Assembly (NCBI GenBank): GCA_963727805.1
Contig: CAVSHF010000003.1
Coordinates: 1,152,001 to 1,216,000, forward strand
Reading direction: 5' to 3'
Origin: an uncultured Nitrospiraceae bacterium
GTDB lineage: Bacteria > Nitrospirota > Thermodesulfovibrionia > Thermodesulfovibrionales > Dissulfurispiraceae
DNA: 64,000 bases
This document shows positions 40,646 to 51,106 of this stretch, piece after piece (positions within the stretch are counted from its first letter, which is position 1; the number at the start of each line of letters is the position of its first letter). The position numbers and the translations under genes were made by a program. Below the pieces are notes generated by a model that saw nothing but the letters and a program-made list of their open reading frames with translations, ran no database searches and was not told the DNA's origin.

Positions 40646-41913
40646 CGGAGGCTCTCGTTCTTTTTCTTTAGACCCCATCCCCGACCCTTGTGCAGGGTAT
40701 TATGATAAGTGCCGTCAGCCTTCTCCTTTTCTATGACCTTCATGAAAAGCTTCGCCATTTTAAGGGGCTGGCTGCAATCCTTGTAGAACATATCCCATGC
40801 ATAATGGTACAGCTCCTGCAATTTATCGGTGCTCATCATCGCCGGCTTGAAAACAACCTCCCCAGCAGTATACCGTGCCCAGTCGTTATGCAGAATCCTC
40901 CCTTCCTCTATGAGCTTCTCCCGTATGGGAGTATGGGGAAAGGGCGTCAGGATAGTAAATTCCGCCAGATCCAGGTCGATTTCAAGGAGGAAATCAACAA
41001 GTCTTTTTATATAGTCTTCATCATGGTCATCCGTGCCGAGGATGATTGTCCCCTCAACGCCGATACCACGCTCCTGTAAACGCTTAACACGGTTTTTAAT
41101 GTAATCCGATGTATCAAAAATCGCCTGATAGACATACCAGCATCCGGCCTCTGCTGCCAGATCCAGTATTTCATCATCATCCTTGATCGGATGGGAGATC
41201 CATTTTTTCTTCATGGGGATCATCGCCCGGAAGAGCTGTTTCTCCCATTCGTCATCCTGTGCGAGAGAGTTATCGACAACGAACAGGCGATTATTGTCTA
41301 TTCCCTTCAACTCCTCTATGAAGGAATCGATAGGCCTGGGTCTGAATTTCCTTCCTCCAAGGAACGGGGTGCAGCAAGGGAAGCAGTTGAACCGGCAGCC
41401 GCGTGAGGCGTGGACGAGATCGACCATTTGCACGCCACGGTAGTTGTATAACTGTCGGTTCAGGATGTCACGTCTGGCAGGGCCTACCAGACTGGTATCC
41501 GGGTAGCTCCTGAGATAGTCGTACATCTTCTTCAATTTCCCATCATTCAGGTCCTTGATGACCTCTTCGAAATGCCCCTCTGCTTCACCAAGAAATACGG
41601 CATCCGCATGCAGCAGTGCCTCTTCATGGTGCAGCATCGTAGCGATACCGCCGGTGATGACCGGGATACCTTCCGCCCGGCACCGGTCGGCTATCTCCCA
41701 CGCCCGTGGGGTTTGGCAGGTAAGCATCACAGAAAGGGCCACCAAATCGGCCTTTTCGCTGAAATCGATCTCCTGTACATTTTCATCGCAGAAAGAGACC
41801 TCAACATCGCGGGGGATAGCCGCGGCAAAGCAGATCGGACCATGCGGCGGCAGGTGGAATTCAGTCTGCCCATTTAATTTCGGCCACTTTGGATAAATAA
41901 TTTTTATTTTCAC
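40642..41913 (-). CDS. B12-binding radical SAM protein
   Basis: DENV, GG, GEAEG, SRGCRFNCFPC, LTPFPHT. Confidence 0.85.
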   Translation of the reverse strand: MKIKIIYPKWPKLNGQTEFHLPPHGPICFAAAIPRDVEVSFCDENVQEIDFSEKADLVALSVMLTCQTPRAWEIADRCRAEGIPVITGGIATMLHHEEALLHADAVFLGEAEGHFEEVIKDLNDGKLKKMYDYLRSYPDTSLVGPARRDILNRQLYNYRGVQMVDLVHASRGCRFNCFPCCTPFLGGRKFRPRPIDSFIEELKGIDNNRLFVVDNSLAQDDEWEKQLFRAMIPMKKKWISHPIKDDDEILDLAAEAGCWYVYQAIFDTSDYIKNRVKRLQERGIGVEGTIILGTDDHDEDYIKRLVDFLLEIDLDLAEFTILTPFPHTPIREKLIEEGRILHNDWARYTAGEVVFKPAMMSTDKLQELYHYAWDMFYKDCSQPLKMAKLFMKVIEKEKADGTYHNTLHKGRGWGLKKKNESLR

Positions 41914-42575
41914 TCTGGCTGTTTCCTCTCTTTAAGTTTTGAGAATTTCTTTATGATTTCAGCGAGCTCCATGCGTTCCCCCGCCAGTTGCCTAACCAGG
42001 GCAATGTCGCACACGTATTTCTGTCCGATACATGCGGTAGCCTTCTTAAGTACAAAGCAGATAGCCGCGTTCTCCTCAAATATCCCTGCAAGCATCGAAG
42101 GGACTTCATCGAGGACAATCATTTCTGCCGCTGCATCTATTATCATCATCAGCGGGTTTTCCGCTCCTGCCATATAAAGAAGTGGCCCCTGAAGCCCGAA
42201 ATGGATAGCCGTTTCACCGAGCGGGCTTGATGGCAAGGTATAAATAAAAAGATTCCCCCTTGCAGTCGTCCTCCCGGTCGCCACGTAATCTCTGAAATAC
42301 CGGATATCGGAACTAAGTGACCCAGATGCATTCGTACCGATAATCCCCATATCATGCTTACGATCCTGCGCATAATCGAGTCCGGCATCCTTCAGCGCGA
42401 TGGCAACCGTATAAGCGGTCATCCTGGAAATTTGGTCAAGCCGGCCGAGGTTCTTGAATGGATAAGCAAATATTGCCTTCCCCGGCAACTCCACAGTCCA
42501 GTCATTGCATTCATGCGAGGTGGGAATCCCTCTCCCCTCTCCATCTATCCAACCTATACCAAGGACTGAAATCAT
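41910..42575 (-). CDS. Short KS N-terminal-like factor (non-catalytic)
   Basis: GRLD, LFIYTLPSS..GE.AI; no catalytic Cys motif. Confidence 0.75.
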   Translation of the reverse strand: MISVLGIGWIDGEGRGIPTSHECNDWTVELPGKAIFAYPFKNLGRLDQISRMTAYTVAIALKDAGLDYAQDRKHDMGIIGTNASGSLSSDIRYFRDYVATGRTTARGNLFIYTLPSSPLGETAIHFGLQGPLLYMAGAENPLMMIIDAAAEMIVLDEVPSMLAGIFEENAAICFVLKKATACIGQKYVCDIALVRQLAGERMELAEIIKKFSKLKERKQPE

Positions 42576-43705
42576 TTAGTCTTCTCTCGGGCAATCACAA
42601 GCGCGGCATTAATCCCACTAAATCCGGCGTTTGTCAGGAGCGCCATCTTGTTTGCGCTAACCGGACGATGTCCGACAGAAACCCATTCCCGGAAGTCCTC
42701 ATCGGGATTATGCAGATTGACGGTAGCAGGGACATGTCCGTCTCTTAACGCTCTCAAAGCGATGATCATTTCAACCAACCCCGTTGCCCCCATCGTATGG
42801 CCGGTCCCACCTTTTATTGAGTAAACGGGGACCTTGTTATTGAAGATAACATCGAATGCTTTTATTTCCATGGCATCATTATAGACCGTTCCAGTGCCAT
42901 GCGCGGAGATAACCCCAATTTCGCTCTCGTCCGCACATGCCGACTTCAGAGCCTTTCGTATGGCGAGAATCATCCCTTCGCTGCCACGGGAGGGACCAGT
43001 CATATGATTGGCGTCGTCGCTCAGTCCCCAGCCGGCCACCTCACCGATGATCTCTCTTCCATCGTGCCGAGCTCTGGCTTCGCTCATAAGAACAACATAA
43101 GCCGCTGCCTCGCCCAAGCTCAGCCCGCCCCTGTCTCTGTCAAAAGGCCGGGCAGCGCATTTATCCAGCGCCATGAGAGCAGAGAATCCCGAGAAGACAA
43201 ATTCGGTGACACTGTCGCACGCGACTATCAGCACGCAGTCGGTGATCCCACTGCGGACCATTGCCGCCGCCCTCGCCACAGCTGAAGAGGAAGAAGCACA
43301 TGCCGCCGAAATGATGATGCCCGCATCGTCAATGCCCGGAAGCGATGCGACTTTCCCAAGAAGCACGCCGGGCTTGCTGGATAAGATGTCCTGTTCCCCT
43401 TCAAGAATCCCTCTTTCCAAATGATCTATTTCTCCCTTTGTCGTTGCCAGAATCAGCTTCGCGTCCCGGGGAATCGAAACTGGATACGCAGCGAATAAAA
43501 GTGTCAGCAACTGCATGACAAGGGATTCTCCGTGATGATACTCCAGGCCCTCTAATGTTGCCGCATTATCGGACTGGAATGCCTGAGTCGGGAATCTGTT
43601 TAGTCGTGAAATGGCGCTCTTCCCTGCAATGATGCCTTCCCAGCAGGCATCTGTCCCCTTCCCGTAGGCAGTGACCATATTGCATGAGACGATAACTGCC
43701 TTCAT
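42572..43705 (-). CDS. Beta-ketoacyl-ACP synthase
   Basis: AACASS, DANHMTGP, SAHGTGT, KGGTGHT. Confidence 0.9.
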   Translation of the reverse strand: MKAVIVSCNMVTAYGKGTDACWEGIIAGKSAISRLNRFPTQAFQSDNAATLEGLEYHHGESLVMQLLTLLFAAYPVSIPRDAKLILATTKGEIDHLERGILEGEQDILSSKPGVLLGKVASLPGIDDAGIIISAACASSSSAVARAAAMVRSGITDCVLIVACDSVTEFVFSGFSALMALDKCAARPFDRDRGGLSLGEAAAYVVLMSEARARHDGREIIGEVAGWGLSDDANHMTGPSRGSEGMILAIRKALKSACADESEIGVISAHGTGTVYNDAMEIKAFDVIFNNKVPVYSIKGGTGHTMGATGLVEMIIALRALRDGHVPATVNLHNPDEDFREWVSVGHRPVSANKMALLTNAGFSGINAALVIAREKTK

Positions 43706-44187
43706 TCCGGCAGTTGGAATTCGCCGCTTTTCCATCTTCTTCGACACCTTTCAAGCAATGGAGGAGTGATGATACAAGCCTCCCCCGATTTTGCATCTGT
43801 AAACAACTGCACAGTGTACCCGCTTGCCGCCAGACTTCCATCTTGCTTTAACAGGTGATACTCTGTGTTGATTCGCGCTCCCTCATGCCAGATCAGCGAT
43901 GCCCTGATATCGAACTCCTCATCGAGAAAAAGTGACTGGTAATAATCGATATGAAACTCGACAATGGGGGCGCGCAGTTCCGCTTCATAAAAATCTCTAT
44001 AGGACAAACCGCAGCGTCTGCCTACCTCGGCTGCTGCCTCTTCGAAAAAAAGCGCATATCTGCCATACCAGATAATTCCCATCACATCCACTTCGCTGAA
44101 ATGAACGCGTCTCCTGATCTGCAGGACAATAGGCTCCGGGACCCCGCTGATTCGTTCAAAATAAACTTTTTTTCTTCGGGGGGGCAT
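43702..44187 (-). CDS. Hotdog acyl-CoA thioesterase
   Basis: VHFSEVDVMGIIWYGRY..FFE. Confidence 0.85.
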   Translation of the reverse strand: MPPRRKKVYFERISGVPEPIVLQIRRRVHFSEVDVMGIIWYGRYALFFEEAAAEVGRRCGLSYRDFYEAELRAPIVEFHIDYYQSLFLDEEFDIRASLIWHEGARINTEYHLLKQDGSLAASGYTVQLFTDAKSGEACIITPPLLERCRRRWKSGEFQLPE

Positions 44188-44580
44188 CTACTCTTCTTTC
44201 CCAACAAATCGGGCGCGCAATTTTATTTCAGCAGCTTTCAGGTCGCCTTTGCCAACAATCGCCTTTACAATAAAAACCTCACCGTTGGCCCTGATAACGC
44301 TAATGTCCCTGCACACGCATTTCAGCTCTTCCATGGGGAAGACAGGTACAAAGAACTTGGCGAGGACGATCTCATCTATAATGAGCTTTTTACTTTTCAT
44401 CTTTTCGAGCGACGCAGTGACGCATTGAATCTGGCAGATACCCGGCAGGAGCTTCCTTGAAGGGAAATGTCCCTGAAAGCCTATAAAGTCCTCGGGAAAA
44501 ACAAAATGAGTAGTGAGTGTCCCATCCGACTCAGTGAATCCGGTCATGCATTGCGCGACTTCCTTGCTGATAGAGCTCAC
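44188..44580 (-). CDS. 3-hydroxyacyl-ACP dehydratase (FabZ/ApeI-like)
   Basis: FQGHFP...LLPG, AKF..PV.P. Confidence 0.85.
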   Translation of the reverse strand: MSSISKEVAQCMTGFTESDGTLTTHFVFPEDFIGFQGHFPSRKLLPGICQIQCVTASLEKMKSKKLIIDEIVLAKFFVPVFPMEELKCVCRDISVIRANGEVFIVKAIVGKGDLKAAEIKLRARFVGKEE

Positions 44581-45251
44581 TGCTGTATCTCCTTTAGTTT
44601 TACAATGAGACGGTATCCGAACTTAACATTTGTCAAGATAGTGCCTATCGGATAGAGCTTCCCCTTATTCCGCTTATATTCATAGTAAGAAACCGTCCAG
44701 ACCGTAGCTCCGTCTTCATAATAGTTCTTTTCAACCAGGTTCCCCTCCGGACCGGCAAAGACATACTCCATCAGCCCCGACCCGGAACTCTGCTTGAAGA
44801 CAAGCCGGTACCGTTCCCTCTCTATTGTAGCATCCGGAGAAGGGAGCAGATCAAAGTAAATCCTTTTGATATCCTCTCCCACAGCCGCACCGAAATCACC
44901 CTGCTTTGTGAATTCCGGCATCACAAAAACGGTGGTCACTCCATCTTTATTCCCAGTCAACTCGAACAGATTGACACCCATCTGGTTAATACAGGCGAGA
45001 GTAAATGTCCTGTCCTTTATATTGACCACCACAATCCCCAGCGCCGAAAATTTTCGCCATCGGTACTCAAAGACAATCGTATTAAGCAATTGGAGCTCTT
45101 CAGGTGAGTCGGCTCCAAATCGTTCTACTATTGTCGACGGGTCAGCTTTGTCCAAAGAAACGAGAGGAGTTTCGTGAAAGGGGATGCTCGTGCATCCGGT
45201 AATCAGCAACAACATGAATAGCAATACCGCCGTCAAGTTTCTCACATTCAC
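44577..45251 (-). CDS. DUF3261-like lipoprotein
   Basis: Lipobox ITGC; position typical of aryl-polyene-type clusters. Confidence 0.6.
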   Translation of the reverse strand: MNVRNLTAVLLFMLLLITGCTSIPFHETPLVSLDKADPSTIVERFGADSPEELQLLNTIVFEYRWRKFSALGIVVVNIKDRTFTLACINQMGVNLFELTGNKDGVTTVFVMPEFTKQGDFGAAVGEDIKRIYFDLLPSPDATIERERYRLVFKQSSGSGLMEYVFAGPEGNLVEKNYYEDGATVWTVSYYEYKRNKGKLYPIGTILTNVKFGYRLIVKLKEIQQ

Positions 45252-47629
45252 CGTTTCTCCGCCCTTAACGGCATGAGAAGACGGTACAGCTGAGGAATAA
45301 CGAGCAGGGAGGAAAGATACCCAGCTCCTATCCCGACTGTCATGGTTAAGCCCACATAAAACAGGGCCGGATGATCGGCCAAAATCAGTACTCCTGTTCC
45401 TATAAGCGTTGCGATGGCGGACAGGGCCACTGCCATGACAATCCCCGATTTCAAATTATACCGGCATCGATAGACCATGAATATCCCGTAGTCGACACAA
45501 ATCCCCATAAGGGCAATGCCCGTGATCAAAGTCGATAAATTAAATGAGATACCGAATATCGACATCAGCCCGAAGAGCCAAATAATTCCGGTCACTACGG
45601 GCACCAGGGCCATCAGGAGTTCCTTCACATTCTGGAAGTAAAGGTAGGTCAGCAGGATAACGAGAACTGAAGTAATGGCCGTCATCAACGCGATATCCGA
45701 ATAAATCACTTCCGAAATTCTTTGGGACATGGACCTGCCCGAGACCAGGAATGTTTCCGGATGTCTCTTGCTCAACTCAGAGATGGCATCGACGTATTTC
45801 TTCTCATCCGGGAAAAAAGACAAGACCTGATAACTATCCCGTGACTTATTGATGAATCTCTCCTTTAATTTAGATATAAAATCGTTGTCGATAGAGGTGG
45901 TATCGGTAACCGTTCCCTTGTAAAGGTTGCTAAAAAATGGAGAAAAGGCATCCGCTGCAAACCCATACTTCTCGCCTGCCACTCCAAGCAATTTTTTCAA
46001 CTCGGTTTCCCTCCCCTGTCCCCAGAATTTCTTCCACCGTTCAAGGTTTCCTCTTCTCGCCTTTTCCGATGGCCACAACATGGACAGGCTGGAGAAGTGA
46101 TCCACTCCGATTGCCTTTGTCGCCTCTTGAGCAATCATATCGCTCCTTTCGAGGGCCTCTTCAAGGCTCTTGCCCGCAGTAACAAGGATGGCCGGTCTGT
46201 CCTGCCCCCAGACCTCCTGGAACCGCTTTTCAGCTTGTAGAATAGAGGATTCGGTACCGTCGATCTTATAAATATTGCTGTCGAATTTCACATTAAAGGC
46301 GAAGAAAAGGAAGACCAGAGTGAGTCCCAGCCAAATGCCAACAACAGCATTATTCGACCAGTTTACCTCTTCGAGCTTCCATCCGACCTTCAATCCCATC
46401 GTTTTCTTTGATACGAAATGGGGGAGGATCATAAAGCAGTAGATAAGAGATAGTGCGAGACCCAGGATCGACAGGTATCCCAACTGCTGATATCCCTCGA
46501 TTCGTGAGAACAGAAATGAAAAAAAGACAGCGACGGTTGTCAGGGCGCCAACAGCAACAGGCCGGGCAATCCGGCTGATGTCATTTGCGGTATCTTTCGC
46601 ATTCCTCGCTGCAACGTACACCTGAATTCCATAATCGACTGAAATGCCCGCGAGCACGGTAGCTAACCCTATAACCGAATAGGAGAGCCCACCCATAAAG
46701 AAGTAACAGATATAAATCGCCTGAAAAATTGAAAACAACGGGATCAGAAAGATCAGGACAGCGCTGGCATCCTTAAAAACAAAAAGGAAAAGGAGAACAA
46801 AAACAACCGAAGCAACGATACTTGTAAGTGCGACATCTTTTTTCATAACCTTCTCGTTGCTTAGGGTGTGTGAGTGCCCGCTGACAATATCGGCGGAAAT
46901 ATAGTTCGGAAGCTTCCTGAGCTGTTCATCAATGCCCTTGAAGAGCTTTTGAGAGCCGAGGGCGTCCGTTACCGGAACGGTGGTCTGAACAATGATCATG
47001 GCATGCCTGTTGTCCGGGCTGATAAAGTGCCCTCCTTCCATCGTAACGTTGTATCCGAGGGATGCGGACAGCGATTTCAATTTATTGAGCATGACAAGGT
47101 TGAATCCAAGAGGATCGGAACGGAGCATCGAATTCATAAAAATGCCCTCCGGCTTCAGCAGTTGGAGATAATTCTTTCGCATCCTCTCGGAAATGCTTTT
47201 TTGATTGATCTGGCCGCTAATAGCCGTTAAGTCATCATCAGTAAATATTTGCGGTATCTTGTCGAAAAAGAACTCCATATTGTCCGTCATCTGCAATTCT
47301 GAAAGACCGACAGTAACTTTTGTAAATAAAGGGGGCTTGAGGGAACCCGCCAGTTGATCGACGGCTGCGAAAAGATCTTTTTTATCTTTATCAGAGTTCG
47401 TCAGAGCAAGGGAAATAACAACCTTATTGGAAAGATTGGAGTCTTTCAGAAAGGCCATGCTGCGCGATATAGCAGGGTCTGCAGGGAGCAGGACCTCGAT
47501 GTTATTGCTGAACTTGATGAAACGGAGTCCAACAAGAGCTGCGGTAATCAGCACCATGACGACAATAAATACCGGCCACTTTCTCTTGCCAATAACGTTA
47601 TAGAAGAGTTCGAAATACTTATCAAACAC
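45248..47629 (-). CDS. MMPL/RND-family lipid exporter
   Basis: Two TM bundles with GISVDYG and GICVDYG. Confidence 0.88.
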   Translation of the reverse strand: MFDKYFELFYNVIGKRKWPVFIVVMVLITAALVGLRFIKFSNNIEVLLPADPAISRSMAFLKDSNLSNKVVISLALTNSDKDKKDLFAAVDQLAGSLKPPLFTKVTVGLSELQMTDNMEFFFDKIPQIFTDDDLTAISGQINQKSISERMRKNYLQLLKPEGIFMNSMLRSDPLGFNLVMLNKLKSLSASLGYNVTMEGGHFISPDNRHAMIIVQTTVPVTDALGSQKLFKGIDEQLRKLPNYISADIVSGHSHTLSNEKVMKKDVALTSIVASVVFVLLFLFVFKDASAVLIFLIPLFSIFQAIYICYFFMGGLSYSVIGLATVLAGISVDYGIQVYVAARNAKDTANDISRIARPVAVGALTTVAVFFSFLFSRIEGYQQLGYLSILGLALSLIYCFMILPHFVSKKTMGLKVGWKLEEVNWSNNAVVGIWLGLTLVFLFFAFNVKFDSNIYKIDGTESSILQAEKRFQEVWGQDRPAILVTAGKSLEEALERSDMIAQEATKAIGVDHFSSLSMLWPSEKARRGNLERWKKFWGQGRETELKKLLGVAGEKYGFAADAFSPFFSNLYKGTVTDTTSIDNDFISKLKERFINKSRDSYQVLSFFPDEKKYVDAISELSKRHPETFLVSGRSMSQRISEVIYSDIALMTAITSVLVILLTYLYFQNVKELLMALVPVVTGIIWLFGLMSIFGISFNLSTLITGIALMGICVDYGIFMVYRCRYNLKSGIVMAVALSAIATLIGTGVLILADHPALFYVGLTMTVGIGAGYLSSLLVIPQLYRLLMPLRAEKR

Positions 47630-48287
47630 GACGCTTCACTTCAAAAAACCGGCTGTCGAGAGGGACGTCGATAACGGTGTTTTCAAATGTAATCGTGGTA
47701 CTGTCTCCGCTCATCTCTTGTATCTTTATCTTTTCAAGATACTTCTCGTCTTCTCTAAAGGTGATTGTAATGGACTTCACAATCTTCCTCGAAAAATTTG
47801 TCTCATTGGGCATGAACTCAAAGACATAGGGGTGCTGATGCAAAACCTTCACGACATAATCATTCAGGAGAGAGCCATAATTACCGGAAAACCACGTTGT
47901 CAGCTGGTTAAGCACTATCTTGAACATAGGGTTCTTCGAGAAGGAGATTTCTTGTACCTGATCTGTATCCTCATCCCACTGGCGGATCTCTTTATCTGTA
48001 ATCAGTACGGAGTATTTGACAGGTTTGTCGACGTGCCAAGCAATCGTGTTCGGCTTCTGCAGATAGATCCGCCCTCGCATAATAATCTTCCTTTTGAATA
48101 TCGCGAGGCTCTTCTCTTGTACAAAATCGGTCTTCAGGGTTTTAAACTGCGCAACCTTTTCACCTATACCAGTCAGGAGATCAGAGATGCCGGGTGCCTC
48201 TGTTGCGCCAGTAGATGAAGTCCTTGCCATAAGGGCCAGTAAAAGGGATATCAGGGATAGGAACACAAGGCTTCTTTTAGTTCTCAT
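47622..48287 (-). CDS. LolA-like periplasmic lipid carrier
   Basis: Signal peptide; DFVQEK, G.IYLQKP...W...P, GD.T.I.F. Confidence 0.85.
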   Translation of the reverse strand: MRTKRSLVFLSLISLLLALMARTSSTGATEAPGISDLLTGIGEKVAQFKTLKTDFVQEKSLAIFKRKIIMRGRIYLQKPNTIAWHVDKPVKYSVLITDKEIRQWDEDTDQVQEISFSKNPMFKIVLNQLTTWFSGNYGSLLNDYVVKVLHQHPYVFEFMPNETNFSRKIVKSITITFREDEKYLEKIKIQEMSGDSTTITFENTVIDVPLDSRFFEVKRRV

Positions 48288-49761
48288 CTTTATCCCCATT
48301 GTGCCAGATTTTCACCTCGCCTCTGGCGATGATCTCCTCACCTTTAAAGACCTCCCCATGGATGATACCAAAGTCGCCAAACTGAGCAGCCTTGAAGACC
48401 GATACGCGAAGTCTATCACCCACCCGCGCCTCTCCAAGGACCTCCAGGTTCTTGATCCCCAGCAGGAAACCTTCCGCCTGGTAGTTTGGGTTCCCCAGGT
48501 TTCTAAACCCCTTGTCAGCTGCAATCGCCTGCGAAATAATCTCAGGATAAGATGCCTCGTCAAGCTTGCCGTCCTCACCAATAAAGACGGTTTCTTCCGT
48601 GATATTCACCTCAGATACGCACTTCCTCTCCGCAACCTCGAGCACCTTATCGATAATAAGCATTGGGGGTTTATGGGGAACAAGCCTACTTGCATCGGTC
48701 GGCAGGCAGATAATATCGTCCCGTCTGTCAGCATTGTTCCAGCATAACGGATCGGACGCCAGATAATCGCCTGTGCACTGATAAGCGGCGCCCCGACAGC
48801 CATAGCATTCATTCAGCCGCTCGCACTGGCTGCAGGGTCCTTTTATCGTCTTTTTATAATTCCTGAGGTCTTTGATAACTTCGCTCTCTCTGATAATATC
48901 CTTCAGCTTTCTCTCTCTTATATTGCCGACAGGAATGGTGACCCCAACACATGGCTGGACATCCCCGCGGGAATTTACGGAGCATGAGAACTGGTGCCTC
49001 AGGCATTGTCCGCCGACAAGAGGAGGTTGCGGGATCCAATCATGACCGTACTTCGACCGGTCAATCTCCGCAATCTGGTGGAAAAGCTCCTGGACCTGAT
49101 GGTCCTCGACCTCCAGAAAGCCGCTTTCCTTTGCCTTTCCCTGAGGGGTGATCATCTCAAAATACGGGCTGACTCCTTGGTCTCTCAGCCATTCCCACAT
49201 CTTCGCCAGTTCATCGATATTTTGCCGGCAGATGACTGTGCTGATCCCCATAGAACACCCTGCCGGGTATCCTGCTTTCTTCAGATTCTCAAAGGCCTTC
49301 CGGATTTGCACCGAAGCTCCTTTTTTCCCGGAAAGCATATCCTGCACTGTATTATCGAAAGAGTTCATTTTCAGGACAACAACGACGCCATATTTGATCA
49401 ATTTCCTTGCAGCCGCGAGGGTTATATTGGCCCCGTTCGTAAAGAGCTCTATCTCCATCTCCTGATCCTTTATGAACTTGATCATTTCGAAGAGATGCTC
49501 GTAAAGCATGGGCTCTCCGCCCAATATGATAATCTTCTTCGCTCCTAAGTCCCGAGCTTGAAGAATGAGGTCCTTGAGTTCGGCTCTGCTCAACTCACCT
49601 TCACATCCCGAATTGTTTGATGCATAGCAATAGACACAACTAAAATTACAATTGCTGTTGAACTCCATCTCCATCGATAAAAGCTTGCCTTCCTTAACAG
49701 TACTCTCTATCTCTGTATCAGTAAATTCCGCGCCATAAATACGATTGCGACAACTCGACAT
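48277..49761 (-). CDS. Radical SAM/SPASM protein fused to a C-terminal hotdog dehydratase domain
   Basis: CNFSCVYC, GGEP, SPASM cysteines; then VPHKPPMLIID, EIISQAIAA, GFLLGIK. Confidence 0.8.
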   Translation of the reverse strand: MSSCRNRIYGAEFTDTEIESTVKEGKLLSMEMEFNSNCNFSCVYCYASNNSGCEGELSRAELKDLILQARDLGAKKIIILGGEPMLYEHLFEMIKFIKDQEMEIELFTNGANITLAAARKLIKYGVVVVLKMNSFDNTVQDMLSGKKGASVQIRKAFENLKKAGYPAGCSMGISTVICRQNIDELAKMWEWLRDQGVSPYFEMITPQGKAKESGFLEVEDHQVQELFHQIAEIDRSKYGHDWIPQPPLVGGQCLRHQFSCSVNSRGDVQPCVGVTIPVGNIRERKLKDIIRESEVIKDLRNYKKTIKGPCSQCERLNECYGCRGAAYQCTGDYLASDPLCWNNADRRDDIICLPTDASRLVPHKPPMLIIDKVLEVAERKCVSEVNITEETVFIGEDGKLDEASYPEIISQAIAADKGFRNLGNPNYQAEGFLLGIKNLEVLGEARVGDRLRVSVFKAAQFGDFGIIHGEVFKGEEIIARGEVKIWHNGDKDEN

Positions 49762-51101
49762 TAGTTTGTTCTCCTATCTTTGAAGCGAATTAATTTGCGC
49801 GAGTTCTCAGCGCATACCTCTTTTCGGATGCTCTCTTCACTTGCTATGATAACTTCGGGTCTTATCCTCAAATGCGCCTGCAGCTTGTCCATGATCGTTT
49901 CTGCAGAACATGAATCATCCTTAAGGGAAACATATATCCTCACCTGATCGGAGAGATCAAAGTCGTTTGTTACTTCAAGGTAGTATTCACTGATCTCGCC
50001 GATCTCGTCGAGGACAGAGTGTATAGCGTTGGGATAGAGCGTCGTACCGCGGCACTTTATCATCTGTTTTTTTCTCCCCATTATCGGCCCGAGCCGGAGA
50101 GAGTTTCTTCCGCATGCGCAGGGACCCTCTATTAGGAAGCTCACATCACCGGTTTTAAAGCGCAGCAGGGGCATGCCCTCGATGGACAACGGAGTCACCA
50201 CAACCTCGCCAACATCACCGTGCGGAAGGGTCTCCCCTTCGTCATTGACAATCTCTACGATCGCAAGGTCAGGATGGAGATGCCCGCCTCGCATGGAAGT
50301 GCATTCGCAGAATGTCGTTATTGTTTCCGAAGATGCGTACGTGGAAAATACCGCTGCCCCCCATATTGCTTCAAGGTATTCCCCTATCTTTAGCAGTGAA
50401 AGGTCCTTGTCCCTGATAGGCTCGCCTATGCACACAAGCCTCTTCACGCCGATCTCGCGTGGATCGATATTTTGAGATTTCAGGAACTGCCCCAGCTTGA
50501 GCAGCAATGTCGGAACTCCCACAATCGCCGTTGGTCTCATCTGCTGAATAATTTCCCGATGGCTTGCCATGCTGCTGATGCCATTTCTTATGACAGCGGC
50601 ACCGAGGCCCCTTGCCCCCGAATAGTAAGCCAGTCCAGCGATAAAGCACCTGTCCATCGTGCAGGTAAGAAGGACCACATCGTCCTGCATAAGGCCGCAG
50701 CTGGCAAGGGATATCTTTTCGTTGTAAGCCAGTCGCTTGAGGTCATGTTCAGTATACATGATTCGCGTTGGCTTTCCGGTCGTCCCCGACGACATAACAA
50801 TATCGACGACTTTTGACATGGGTACAGCAAGAAAATCATCATTGTATTCTTCAATTGCGTTCTTATCGGTAAAAGGTAAACAAGAGAGCTTATTGAGATT
50901 AACACTGTCGATTTCCACCCCTCTTAACACCCGACCGTAGTAAGGAGAATGTGAAGAAAGATAGCGCAGATGCTCCATCAGAAGCGTCTCCTGCAACTCC
51001 CTGATCATCGCAGTTCCGGAGAACTCAATACCACTATATTTTCCGATCATTCCCTGGCCAATCATCCCTTGTTCCGTCTTTCCATTTGTTCTCGCCAACA
51101 C
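49761..51101 (-). CDS. Phenylacetate-CoA ligase-like adenylating enzyme
   Basis: LPFTDK, SSGTTGKP, YASSE, PLLRFKTGD; start uncertain. Confidence 0.85.
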   Translation of the reverse strand: MLARTNGKTEQGMIGQGMIGKYSGIEFSGTAMIRELQETLLMEHLRYLSSHSPYYGRVLRGVEIDSVNLNKLSCLPFTDKNAIEEYNDDFLAVPMSKVVDIVMSSGTTGKPTRIMYTEHDLKRLAYNEKISLASCGLMQDDVVLLTCTMDRCFIAGLAYYSGARGLGAAVIRNGISSMASHREIIQQMRPTAIVGVPTLLLKLGQFLKSQNIDPREIGVKRLVCIGEPIRDKDLSLLKIGEYLEAIWGAAVFSTYASSETITTFCECTSMRGGHLHPDLAIVEIVNDEGETLPHGDVGEVVVTPLSIEGMPLLRFKTGDVSFLIEGPCACGRNSLRLGPIMGRKKQMIKCRGTTLYPNAIHSVLDEIGEISEYYLEVTNDFDLSDQVRIYVSLKDDSCSAETIMDKLQAHLRIRPEVIIASEESIRKEVCAENSRKLIRFKDRRTN

Positions 51102-51106
51102 CCCAT

